The position numbers and the translations under genes are program-made. Positions 1 to 11,510 of a DNA stretch of 41,095 nt are shown here, in pieces. Each line of letters begins with the position of its first letter. Position 1 is the stretch's first letter. The stretch comes from Guillardia theta CCMP2712 (Eukaryota > Protista > Cryptophyta), in NCBI RefSeq assembly GCF_000315625.1, contig NW_005434527.1, positions 113,729 to 154,823 on the forward strand. Direction: 5' to 3'. The notes under the pieces are model-generated. The model was given only the letters and a program-made list of their open reading frames with translations, made no database searches and was not told where the DNA came from.

Positions 1-3000
1 TTCGTTTTCCTTTACGTCTCCTCCGTCGTTCCTCCTCCTCCTCCTCCTCCTCCTCCTCCTCCTCCTCCTCCTCCTCCTCCTCCTCCTCTTTGCTTTCCTC
101 TAGACCTTCGCCTCTCCCCAGGGGAGTTTCACCTGGGCCTGTTCAGCAAGTCAGGAGCACTCAAGCAAGACTTAGCAAGCAGGGATTAGAGGAAGAGGAG
201 GAGAGGACAACAAGAGGAGAAGACATTGACCTTTTCCGCCCAACAGGACGCGAGGTTTGTGTCCGCTCCTATGAGAGAACTGAATACCATGAGCTTCCTT
301 CTCTCTCTCCTCTTCCTCTTCCTCGGTCTGCACGGAGATACTTGCCCTGCCTCTCGTGTGCTCGTCGAGGACGATCGACTGCAGCTGGGCGTTCCTCTTC
401 TTCACACGGTTCAGGTCCACCTGCACCTGCTGCAGGCACAGTACCAGAGCCTCATTCCCTCCCTGAAGCTCTACCACCTGCGATCGCAGCGCCTTCACCA
501 GCTCCCCACGAGAGTCTCCTGCTATGACACTCCCCATCCTCTTCTCCTCCTCCTCCTCCTCCTCTCCCTCCCCGCCATCTGACTGCAGTATGAGGTCCCT
601 GCCCAGCAGCTCGAGCTCGATCTTGAGAGGGAGGAGCTCGAGGGTGAGGAGGCGTTGGATCGTCTTCTCCATCCCAGCGAGTCTCTCCTCCTGTCTGTGC
701 CCTTTGACCTCCCTCCGAACTTTCTCCGACACAAATCCATCTAGCTCTTCTCGCAGCGTCGAGTTCTCCTTGGTCAGGATGCGCAGCTGACGCTTCCGCT
801 CTCGCGCCTCCTGCTGCAGCTCCTTCACTGTCGCCTGCAGGGCAGCCGAAGTTCCTCGAAGGTCCTCTAACTCACTTCCAACATCCTTGCCGGCAGACGA
901 TATGATATCCAGCTTGATGCTCGTGAGTTCCCTCAACGCGTCTTGTCGCGCCTGCTCGAGCCCGACGACCTTCTTGTAGAGGTAAGATTGAACGTCGACG
1001 AGCTTGTCACGGGAGACTTTGAGCTGAGAGGTTTCGATCTCGTCCCCTGCAGCCGCCTCCTTCTCTGCCATCGAGCTTCGCCTTTTCTCTTCCTCCAACC
1101 TCTTCATTTCCGCTGAGCTTTCCTTCATCTCCTCCAATTGAGTTTGAATGGCTATCATGCTGCTTTTCATCCTCTCCTCGCTCTCTCTCACCTTATTCAG
1201 CTCCCCTTCCCTCTTCCTGCAAATCCCCAGCAGAATCCTCTCCCTCTCAAGCACATCCTCTAGTTGCTCTCGCAAGTTCTGCATCGTCTTCTCTTCCACC
1301 GGCTCCTCCGTCGGCTGCACCTCCGGCAGCTTGAAGGCAAGCGGCATGCCCAGCCGCGTCCTCTCCTTGTGCTGAGTTCCATCTTCCTTGCCCAGCTGGT
1401 CCGAACTAAGCTCATACTGCGAGGAACAATCGCTAGTAGTAGGAGGAGGAAGACTCTGACAGCCCTGCTCGAGCTGGACAGGAGCTTCTGACTGAGACGA
1501 GCCGTCAGTCGTATGAACAAAAGACTCTGACAGCCCTGCTCGAGCTGGACAGGAGCTTCTGACTGAGACGAGCCGTCAGTCGTATGAGTCAAAAGACTCT
1601 GACAGCCCTGCTCGAGCTGGACAGGCTTCCTCTCAGCTTCTTTCAACCTCACTGACAACGCAGCGTGCCGTTCTTTCAGGGAGGTATACAACGCCCAGCT
1701 CTCCTCCACTTTGTGAGACCATCGCACAGTGTGCTTGTCAAACTCGTCAAGACAGTCCTCACACAACTGGAGAGATCGGCCAAGTGCAGTTTTCGTTTCC
1801 CCAAACTCGAGGTTGATAGCCTTGACCTTGTCAAACACGGAGTTCAAATCCTGCAGAGCCGACACCAAGATAGCATCTTTCTCCCTCATCGCCTCTTTGG
1901 ATTTCTGCCTGAGAGAGTTCAGAACATCGGCCCTCTCCCTCTCCCGCACAAGAGACTCTTGCAAGCGCTTCAGGTCTTGCTCATGGCGACTGACAACCTC
2001 GGTCGTCTTCTCCTGACAAGAGTCCACCTGTCTTACGCTCTCCTCCAAAGACATGGTCAGAGCTTTTTCCTTCTCTTTCGCAGCCTCCAGCAAAGTGGTC
2101 AAACTCGTAGCCTCCGCATCCAACAGCTGAATCTGATCCGTTTGACACACGATCACCTCCATAGCATTCGACAAGTCCTGCTGCAGCCTAGCGCTCTCCT
2201 CCTCTGCGATCGTCCTCGAGCTGATCTCCTTCTGCAGGAGTTGATCAAGGTACTTGATGCGATCATCCTGAGCCTTCTTGTCGATCTCCATTTGTTGGAT
2301 GCGTTCGACTTGCTCCTTGTTCTCTTCAACCACCGCAGCAATCAGGTCTTCAAGTTGCTTCTTGGTGGACTCAAACTCAGTGAAAGACTCTTCTGCCTTC
2401 TTCTCTAGCTCGAGCCTCTCCTCAACTGCTTCCTGGACGGCCATGAGAAGTCTCTTCTCAACCTTGTTCTTTTCCTCCTGGCAACTTTCCATCACGATCT
2501 TCGCTGCATTTCTGGCTTCGAGCTCTGCCTGCTCTTTCATATGAGCCATCGAAGTTTCCAGCCTGTGGATCCTCTTCTCGTAGCTCGAAGTGTCTGACTG
2601 AAACTTTACCATCAGCACTTCTACTAGGTCGAGAGCAGACGATGCGAGCTCAAGGGAGTCGAGCCCAACCGCATCCGATTCTTCAATGTGCCGCTTGCTC
2701 TTCAGCAGCTGATCCTGCAGATCCTTCTGAATCGACTTGAGCTGCGTTTTGTACTCGATATGGAGAGACTTCATGTCTTGCTCAGCCTGCCTCGCCTTCC
2801 TCGCTTCAGCTCGCATCTCCCTGCCTAGCTCGGTCACCTCATTCAACCACACCTTCCATCATTTCGTCAGTCGATGGCACTCTCCATCTGGCATGCTTCA
2901 CCTTCTCCTGCTGCTTCTGCTTCGCTTCCGTGTCATCGAGGGCTTCCTGAGTAGCCGAAATCAGCTCCTCTACTTTAATCTCAAGACTTTGCGCAGGCGG

Positions 3001-3685
3001 AGAGGCGTCGTCGTCTTCGTTGTCGTGAGTATTGTCTGCTTCAATCTCCTCAACCGTAGGGGTTGGCAGCTCAAGATTTCTGGCTCCTAGCTTGAGAGTT
3101 TGCCTGTGTTGGACCTCCTGCTCCTCATGATCATTGTTCTCTACGTTGCCAATTGGTTCAGTCGCTTCTTTCTTATTCTTCAGCAAGTTCACAGATACTG
3201 CATAAGCTGGAGAAACCTCTGGATCCAAACCTCTCCTCTCGAATCCAAACAGCATATGATCATGACATTGCTTCCTCTCTGCTTCAAAGATCTCATCGAT
3301 GTTTATGGACGAATCTCCCTTCTGCAGTTCTTGAGTACCGATCCGTATCAGGTAATCATCGATTTCAATCCTTCCAGTCCACATTCCATTCTGTTAACAC
3401 GCAAACATATGGTTAGACTTCAACCATGCACGTATCATGCAATGATCTTACGTGCGACTCCCGTATCAACTTCGCGTCGTTGAAACAAGAATCCAGCGTT
3501 ATGCTTTCTACCACAAGACCAGCTCCAATGTTGCGAATCGTAAGGCCCATGATCTCATACTTTGGTGCTGATTTTCGATCACTCACGCTCGTCTTGGTCA
3601 GATTCATTGCTGGTCTCAAGGTGTCTGGATGGAGCAGAGGTTCGCTCCAAAATGCCGAAGAAGCAGTCTTAGTAATTCTTTCCAT
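1..3685 (-). CDS. Large coiled-coil protein, multi-exon, 3' end probably beyond the window
   Basis: ORFs 3413..3685, 2839..3384 and 1260..2852 join in frame through GT-AG introns 3391..3451 and 2853..2901. ORF 172..1347 continues after a frame break in the 1451-1626 repeat, and another donor lies near 230. The sequence is E/K/Q/L-rich with heptad-like periodicity. The start may lie further upstream (~3865). Confidence 0.75.
1451..1626. repeat. ~2.4-copy 71/72-bp tandem repeat inside the coiled-coil gene
   Basis: AGACTCTGACAGCCCTGCTCGAGCTGGACAGG starts at 1451, 1522 and 1594 (periods 71 and 72); it encodes PVQLEQGCQSL units. Confidence 0.95.
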
Positions 3686-4269
3686 CCTGAAAGATTAGAG
3701 GGCTAGTTACGACTGTTTTGTCATGTTTTTATCGTCTTCCAAGAATAGATCAATGCTTCCCTTTCATCCTACATAGAAACGTCAGCACCGCAAAAAGTTT
3801 TGAAGGATGCAGAAACATACACTAGGACTAAGAATGAAAAATTTGGGAAGGATTTTGCCAGTCATGTTTACAAAGAATTGCAATTTGAAGAAGCACTTTC
3901 ACGCGCACAAAGGCATATCCATGAACAAGAGTGATATAGTCCCCTCATAAGAGAAAAGACACTGACCAAAGTTGTTACAGGGGACAGGACTTTCAATGAG
4001 ATGTTGAATACATGACCAAGGGGAATTACACATAATTTTTCATCGATGGTTCAACAATCTGTGACGAAATGAGTATGGAGAAAGCTGTTTGGATCAAAGC
4101 ATAGGATGCTGTAGATGTCAAGGGAGTTGCTGATGGTGTAGCCATGCAGCAGCAGCAGCAGCAGCAGCAGGCAGGAGAAAGAGAGGGGAATGGCGAAGTA
4201 AATTGCGACAGTGCATGATGGCGCGGAGACACTGGGGAGGGGTGGGTCAAGTATCACCCGTCCTCGAAG

Positions 4270-4680
4270 CATCAATCATACCCTCCCCTCCTCTCCTGAT
4301 GCGTCATTGTACCCCTCCATTATCTCTGATTAGTACCCCTACAGGGGAAGAATGTACTACCCCTACCCCCTCGCGAACTGCTGCCATGATGTGACCCACA
4401 GTGGTTCCCGGTCCCTCTGCTGTCGTTCACCCCTGACTGAAAAAAAACTTTGACTAGGGCTTGACAACTACCCCCCACTACCCGTTGTGTCTCCAAGAGC
4501 CTCACTTGGGGGGGGGGTCCACAGGCCACCTCCCCAGTTGCAACGCCTAACTGGTAGGTAGGCTCCCCTCCTTTCCTCAGTGGGTGACGCATGTGGGATA
4601 GGGTGGGTCCAGTATTTAGTCAGAGGGAGGTGGGTAGTAAGCACCGATTGTACTAGGGTGGGGTGGGGAGCCTATGAAAA
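4270..4680. promoter_or_regulatory. TACCC/GGGTA-rich cluster upstream of the coiled-coil gene
   Basis: Repeated GTACCCCT, CTACCCC and GGGTAG words in non-coding DNA between divergent genes; regulatory role is inferred. Confidence 0.4.
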
Positions 4681-4739
4681 TAGACAAGCCGCCGTTACAC
4701 TCGTGCTTTACTCAAAGTTAAGTTAAACATCAGTACGAG

Positions 4740-5460
4740 GATAACCCGGGGCCTGAGAGACGGTACTGAGACGCCTCAGTCACTGTGACGCCGGACCGTG
4801 GCAGGCCATGCACTGCGGGATAAGAGCCTGATGGTTCTTTTTTTTACTCGAAGTTAACTTAAAAATCAGTACGAGGACAATCAGGAGAGGCGAGGAGGCT
4901 TGACCCGGCTGACGCAGTGTCGCCGTCGGTCCGATCGGATCGCACAGGCCAAACTTTGACAGCGAGAAGAGAAAAGACAGCGAGAACTTCGGAACCAAAC
5001 CCAATCCTGCCAACTGCCTGCCCCCCAAATGGTTCTCCGGCGGAGTCCTTAAACTCACAGCCTCTTAAACTAGTCGGCGTACCGGAACGCCGCACCGTTG
5101 TGACAGCAAGTTGGCAACACTTTGTGACTCAGAACAACTAGTAGGCTACTCAACCCTGACAGTCACTGAGTCGGACGGTCAGTTACTGAAAAAAAAACTT
5201 GAATAACCCGGACGGTTGCGACAGTGCCGTGCCCGGCCCGGAACTACTGACTCACGCCGCATAGGGCCTCGGATGCGGCAGGTTGAAAATTTAGTACTAT
5301 CGGGGGAGGCCCCCCGGCCCGCCGGGCAGCAAGCCACTGGCCAGGCGGCAGTGACCGGCGGTGATTGGCCAGCGGCGGCCGGCCCGCCAGGCGGCTCCGG
5401 GCGGTCACGCTCGGACGTGACCACTGGAAGTCAACCTGATGATCGCGGGGTCCACCTGTC
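4740..5460. repeat. GC-rich word-repeat island 1
   Basis: Rich in CCGG, GCCCGG, GTCAC, ACTGAG and GATCGGAT; contains GAGAAAAGACAGCGAGAA at 4969-4986; no credible ORF. Confidence 0.55.
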
Positions 5461-5934
5461 AATTGTGTACTTCCGTTTATATAACTTTATTAATGACCGT
5501 TCCTCACGAAGAGCCGCCGATATAATTGTTTAATGGGCCTGCCCCAGAGTTTCTGAGGGTTCGGAGTTCCCTGGCACCTCAAGGGTTTACATGAATTTAA
5601 AACACTTTGAGTTGGTATTTCAAATCATAGAGAGTAGGTTCAAAAAGGCGCTGAGCGTTCGCTATAATTGTTTTTGGGCGCTGATTTATAAACTGACGGG
5701 AGTTATGCTGTGTTCTATAACATTTTATGTGATCTATTTCTACGACCTCAGTTATTACAATATTGTAAAATTGTACCAGATCTCGAAACTTTATAACGTT
5801 GTAAATCTTTTGACGCACGGAAAAGGATTCATGCCTTGACAGGCTGACTGAGAGGCCTCGCAGGGGGGAGGGGGCGAGAACGGACAGGAGTCAGCACTGA
5901 GGGAGGACAAATTCGGGCAGGACAGGATACTATA

Positions 5935-6008
5935 GGACGGGAGACTCCGGGACGGGAGAGGACGGGAGAGGCCGGGAGAGGACGGGAGAGGACGGGAGAG
6001 GACGGGAA
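5935..6008. repeat. (GGACGGGAGA)n 10-bp minisatellite
   Basis: About 7 tandem copies visible. Confidence 0.9.
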
Positions 6009-6386
6009 GGCAGTGGTACATTATTAGGAGGGGCCAGCCAAAATCGAACCAAACGTTGTCGCGCCTTTCCAAGTTCCAAATTTGAATCAAGTATTGCATG
6101 TAGTCAAAGCAAAGGATATCCCTGGTAGAGAAAGCTTTGAAGAAGAGAATGAGAAGAGGACGATTAGGTACGATCGCTCCAAAGCACTAGCAGAGAAAGG
6201 CATAGAACGGGGCAATGGTTTACTTGGCAGCAAAATGTTCTGAACCTTGATCTTCATTGTTCCTGGTTGATTGCATAGTTAATTTTATCCTAGGCCCTTG
6301 ACATTTGAATGGACGAACATTTCCGGAGCAGTCATCAGATGCAATCAAAAAGCATAGCTTGAAGTCGACCCTTCCTTCCCTCCGGC

Positions 6387-8436
6387 ATGCTTCATCCGGA
6401 TACTCTCAAGACGGTTGACTATGGTGTTGTGTTGGATAACATGGCAAAGTTCAAGATAGAGGACGGCTGGTCGATCTTGAGTTTACAAAGGGGTCAGGAA
6501 AGCGACAAGACAAAAGGGAGGTTCTTAGGAGAAGTGAGATATCAAACAACAAACTTGTTCGAGACTCCAGTCGCTCAGCTTGTGCCTGGACCTGCTCGTA
6601 GCTCTTCCACATCCGAACAGGTGGCATCCACAGGGAGCTCTTCCTCTGGGAGAAGGAGGAAGAAGATCTTCAAGCCCCATCCTGAGGTGGTTTTCAAGAA
6701 ATACGCCACCGTGATGAGTTGGAGGTGTCGTATGAGTGAAGTGAATGTGATGCAGGCGGATGCTGAGATCACCATGAATGCGATCAAGAAGTGTTTCGAT
6801 GAACTTCAGATCAACATCCCTGAGGCTCTGGTGTGTTGGTTTCTCATCCACTTGTTGGCGTTTGTGGTGATGATGGTGATGGTTGTGGCAGGTGGAAGAG
6901 AAGTTCAAATCACTGGATGTGAACAAGAATGGCGTGCTTGATTACAAGGAGTTCATGGCGATCTATCGCGAGGGAAATCATCTCGAACATGCAGACAAGA
7001 TGCTGCTGGAACTCACAGTGGAGAAGAGACTTCATCACCAGGCGATGGAAGCGATAGATGATTACCTCAAGCACCTCAAGTCGGGAGATGACACGAGGAC
7101 ATGGCTGGAAGAGCAGATGAGCTTCCATGACCTGGACTTGTTAGACGAAGGAGCGCACAAACTCTTGTGGACAGAATCGAAGCTGGTGCAGGGGCAGAAG
7201 CTCCATGCGAAGGTGAAGGAGAAGATTGTATCGGCATGGAAGGGAGTGAAGGGACAGATCTTCATGCTGCGATACGGTCACCTGATGAACAAGCGCAAGT
7301 CAGACAAGTCAAAGAACGAGCCGTGTATGAAGGGTTGGCTGTGCATTACAGACGAAGAGGACGCGCGCCCCAACCACGTCCAGTGGACCTCGAGGTATTT
7401 CGTGCTCAGGAAGAACCAGGACCTGCAGTGGTTCGTCGGAGAGAAAGAATTCCTCAAAAGTAATCGGTCGATTGGTAGGCTGGCTGTGTCAGGTCTGCCT
7501 TTCCCCCATTCCTCCTGTCTCCCCTTTTACTCTCCTCTCGCCTCCCTTCACTGTCTCCGCTTCCCCCTCCCCCCACCCCCGCCCTTGTTCCTGATTCCGG
7601 CCCCCTCCTCCTCGCGTCTTCCTTCTCTCTCCCCTCCTCTCGCGCTTTCCCTCTCGGCCCTTCATACTCGCTTCAGGTGCTGATCGATATCGCGTTTGTG
7701 TGTTTGCAGATTTCCAACTCTTCCACGAGTTCCCCCAGCTCAAAGGCAAAGGGAACGTGTTTGCGCTCAGGAGCCTCCCACCGCACGCGCAGACGGAGTG
7801 GGAGGAAGGAGACAACCGGCACAAGTGGATCTACTTTTCTGCTGGCACTTCACGGCTGCGGGAGAAATGGACCAGCGCGATCACTAAAGGTGTCTCCCCC
7901 CAGCCCCTCCTAGCCGCTTCCCTCTTCACTTCAGCTCCACCCTCGTCCCTTCCTTCGAGTTTCGCCGTCTTCGTCCTGGGCTCCTGCTGTTCTTCTCTGA
8001 GTCGCTGACTTTTCGAGCAGTACAGAAGTCAGGGGAGGGAGGAGTGAGGGCGCAGCTTGCTCTCATGCAAGGAACAGTCCTCGACTTCCTCATTGCTCAC
8101 GGCGCCGACGTCAACGTGGAGGACGAGTTCGGTTGCACTGCTCTGCATCTCGCAGCAGACGAAGGGGTGAGCCAGACCGCTGCTCTTCCTCCTCCTCCTC
8201 CCTTTCTCTCTTGATCGCCTGCTCCACTCCCCTCCCTCCTCGCATCGGCTTCTTGTCCTGCCTCCAATGACCGTGGGTCGTAGTACGCCAAGGGGGTACA
8301 GGAGCTCCTCAAGATCCCCACGCTGAAGCTGGATGCTCTTTCGAGGCGAGGACTGACAGCAGAGGAGAGCGCGACACAGCACGGGAACCAAACGATCGCT
8401 CAGATGATCCATCACGCTGCTAAGATGCGCCGGTAA
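6387..8436 (+). CDS. EF-hand + PH domain + ankyrin-repeat protein (true start probably upstream)
   Basis: EF-hand DVNKNGVLDYKEF; PH domain MKGWL...WTSRYFVLR...LQWF...NVFAL...IYFSAGTSRLREKWTSAI; ankyrin [35 protein letters not shown]. Introns ~6830-6891, ~7493-7709, ~7890-8020 and ~8167-8283; stop TAA at 8434-8436. Confidence 0.8.
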
Positions 8437-8568
8437 GGTCAAAGAACAAGGTTGTACAGTTGTGAGGAAAAGAGGTTACATGTGACGCTTCCCCTCCTCC
8501 TTTCCTTAATCTCAGATATTTCACTCACCCCTATCACTCTACACGCCCCTGAGCTTTCCTTCCTCCAA

Positions 8569-10300
8569 TCAAACCATGGCCTTAACACTCTCAGTCTTCT
8601 CCCCCTGCTCCTGCTTCGCTGCTGCTTCCCCTTTCCCCTCCTCTCCCAGCGGCTTGCTGGACAGGACCCCACACAGGTTCTGCACGCGGCTGAAGTCGCT
8701 GCCGCAGACCCACTCACCGACCACCTGCCGAATGTCAGATGAGGCAGCGGCTCTGACATCTCCCACCTCACAGACTCTCTCAATGACCAGCGGGATCCGG
8801 CTCATCTCCTCCTCCTCGAAGTTTCCGAGCACGTGATCCACGAGGTTCTGACCTGAGACGAGGCGTAAGGGAGAGGAGAGGACGAAGAGCAGCGAGGGGA
8901 AGAGGACGAGCAGTATTGACGACCTTCAGGAACGGTTCCCACCCCCACGCGCAGACGGGGATAATCGGGCGTAACGAGCTTGCGCTCGACGTCTTTGAGT
9001 CCGTTGTGTCCTCCGGGGCTCCCCTTGGGCCTCGCCTGCGCTCATCTCAGTCTCCCGATGGCAGACAAGAGGGAAGGCTGCACCCGCAAGCCCCCGACGG
9101 GCAGGTAGATGTCGTCGATGATGACGAGCAGCCGTTCGAGGTTGGTGATGTCGAGGAGGGAGAGAGCTGCTTGCACAGACTTGCCCGAGAGGTTCATGAA
9201 GGTCGTTGGCTTCAGCAGGTGGACCCTCCGCCCGTTGATCATGACGCATCCAAGATCCCCATGGACCTCCGCCACCGGCTTCATGGTTACTTGCCACCTC
9301 CTCGCAAGCTCATCAACAGCCAGGAAGCCTGAACAGCACAGGACATGAGCAAGGTAGGACGGAGAAGAAGGAGGAGGAAGGGAAGGGAAGTTGAGTATGA
9401 GGTACGAGAGAAGGGGAGTGAAAAGAAACACCGATGTTGTGCCTCGTGTGCGTGTACTGCGATCCTGGGTTACCCTGCGACGTTGGTGAGGTTCGGGCAG
9501 CGGGAAAGTGGCAGCGACAAGCATATCAAGAAAGGCCAATAACGCATGTACAAAGGTAGAGGACGAGGTAGCGTTCAAGTGGTAGTTAGATAGAGGAAGG
9601 GAAAGGGGTAAAGGAAAGACAAGGGCAAGGCCAAGGCCAAGGGCAAGGGGCAGGGGTAAAGGATGGGGTAGGGGCAGGAAAAGGGGTAGGAGAAGGGGTA
9701 GGGGTAGGAAGGAAGGCACAAACTCACCAGTCCTACAACGAGGACAGGGTCACTCAGCACAGAATCGCTTCCTGGGGTGCCGCAAGCTTCGATCGTCTTC
9801 GATTCTTTCGCGATCTTGGCGTCGGTAGAAGACGAGGAGAAGGAGGAGAGGCAAACAGGAGGAAGACGTTGTCTGGACGACTCAGAGAACACTCTGCTTG
9901 TAGTCTTCAAGCTTATCTTCTTGGTTTCCTTTCCATTCACTTTCGAGATTCCGCAAGATGCCTTCAGCGACGTGGCTGCACGACCTCTCCGGCCGCAAGC
10001 ATGCGGTCCTGGTACTCCTGCAGCTTCCCCTGCCGCCCCTGCCGCCGACACTTTGCCTGAGAGACCAGAAACGATCCATGCTGACGTCAGCGAGTCAGAG
10101 ACAGCGCTGGTTGCCGGTAAGGGTCCATCCTCCGGACGAGATCTTGCCGCCATGAAGGCAGCTGAAGATGCCGTGAGGCTACTGACGATCCTCCCGGCAC
10201 TTTGTCTTCCCATCGATGGCATTCTTACTGCTGCTCCTCCTGCTCCCACACAACCGACTTGAAGCGCCAGGTGAAGAACCGCCATACCCGCCCCCCGCAT
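8569..10300 (-). CDS. pth: Peptidyl-tRNA hydrolase (bacterial/organellar Pth1 type) with long N-terminal extension
   Basis: Spliced motifs [69 protein letters not shown] and DHVLGNF; the family's catalytic Asn/His/Asp/His motifs are present. Confidence 0.9.
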
Positions 10301-10309
10301 TCCTTGGCA

Positions 10310-10540
10310 GCATGTACCCCCACCCTCCAAAATCACCTTGTTGGTACCCCTGAAAAAGCAATGCTGAATCGATTCAATTCAATACTTTGGTGATACCTTC
10401 TTTGAATCGATTAAATTCAGATACACCCCTACCCCCAAATTTCAGCCGTGTGAGATACTACCCTTGTGGACTGATAAATGTTGCTGATACCCCTAAGTTC
10501 CTCTTGTATTTACCGGGTGGGGGTAGGGTGGAGGGTTAAA
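10310..10540. promoter_or_regulatory. Short bidirectional promoter region with TACCC words and a duplicated palindrome
   Basis: About 250 bp between divergent ATGs (10300 and 10555); TGAATCGATT(C/A)AATTCA at 10365-10381 and 10403-10419; several TACCC/GGGTA words. Confidence 0.55.
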
Positions 10541-10554
10541 CGCGAAGAGGCATC

Positions 10555-11311
10555 ATGCAGCGAACATGGGCAGCGTTGGGGGCGAGCGGCGCCATGCTCC
10601 TGCTCCTTGCGCTGTTGGTAGTCGACAGAAACTCCTCCTCCTTTGTCCTCCAAGACATTGATGCGCCCACCACTCAGGATCTTGCTTACGTCAACAGGTA
10701 CAAGAGCAGAGGCGCGTTGAAGCACAACTCGCAGAAGCTGCTTATGAAGGACAACCATGTTCTTCGCCAGGAAGTTCGCGTGCTTGAGAAGGAAGTGAAC
10801 AGCCTTTCTGGAAAGCTCTCTGCTCTCAACCCCAAGTCTGGAGCGAGGCGCCATCAGATGCTTCGTTCTCAGGTGCAGAGCTTGGCGGGCAGGCGCGGCC
10901 TTCCCCATGAGCTCGCCACCACGGATAGCGATTCTCCATACTACAGCACCTCGAGAAACGATCCCATCTCGACCCAGTCCCTTGAGTCCGCCGCTGGTGA
11001 CAGCAACTTTGTCTCGAAGCTTGAGCCTGGTGACTATTGGAAGGACCCGTAAGCTGTTTCTTGTCTTGTCCCCTTCCTGTTGTGACTTCGTTTGCAGATA
11101 CGAGCGCCCATTCTTGCACGCGCCGATGCCCCATGACCCCTCATCTTCCCTTGCTCACACTGTCACTGGAGACTACGCATCCCCAGCCACGTTTGGCGAC
11201 ATCTACCATTCCAAGGAAGCCATCGATTGGTGCACTGAGAACTTCCCGTGGTTCGAGGACCGCATGAAGTGCTTGAGGAAGATTCATGCGCAGGGCCCCC
11301 TCCTGGGATAA
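10555..11311 (+). CDS. Hypothetical signal-anchored protein with a short coiled coil
   Basis: Hydrophobic N-terminus MQRTWAALGASGAMLLLLALLVV; coiled coil LMKDNHVLRQEVRVLEKEVNSLSGKL; GTAAG...TTTGCAG intron ~11049-11098 joins in frame to an exon ending at TAA 11309-11311. Confidence 0.7.
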
Positions 11312-11510
11312 ACTCTTTGATAGAAGGAGCTCTGATGTGATGTTCAACAGAAGTCTTTCAGAGCTGGAACATTCTAGAGAATGGATACGATGATGTTCTT
11401 TGAACTTGGTTTCTTTGAAAGGACATGGAACCATTTGTGGCTATTAAAACAAGTCTTCCCATCAAGGTTTATGTGACCTTCACATGTCAGGGACTGACTC
11501 ATGGCGTGCG

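Noticed and set aside
3688-3737. Putative non-canonical GA-AG intron that would link an upstream ATG (~3865) to the coiled-coil ORF
   Set aside because: The frame fit alone is weak; a 5'UTR intron or a start at 3685 explains it equally well without transcript data.
5530-5580. tRNA-like GGTTCG word
   Set aside because: No cloverleaf or A-box; no tRNA or rRNA gene was recognised in the window.
9595-9715. GGGGTA-containing repeats as telomeric or promoter sequence
   Set aside because: A hexamer slippage tract inside a Pth intron, not a telomere array, and unlike the dispersed upstream clusters.
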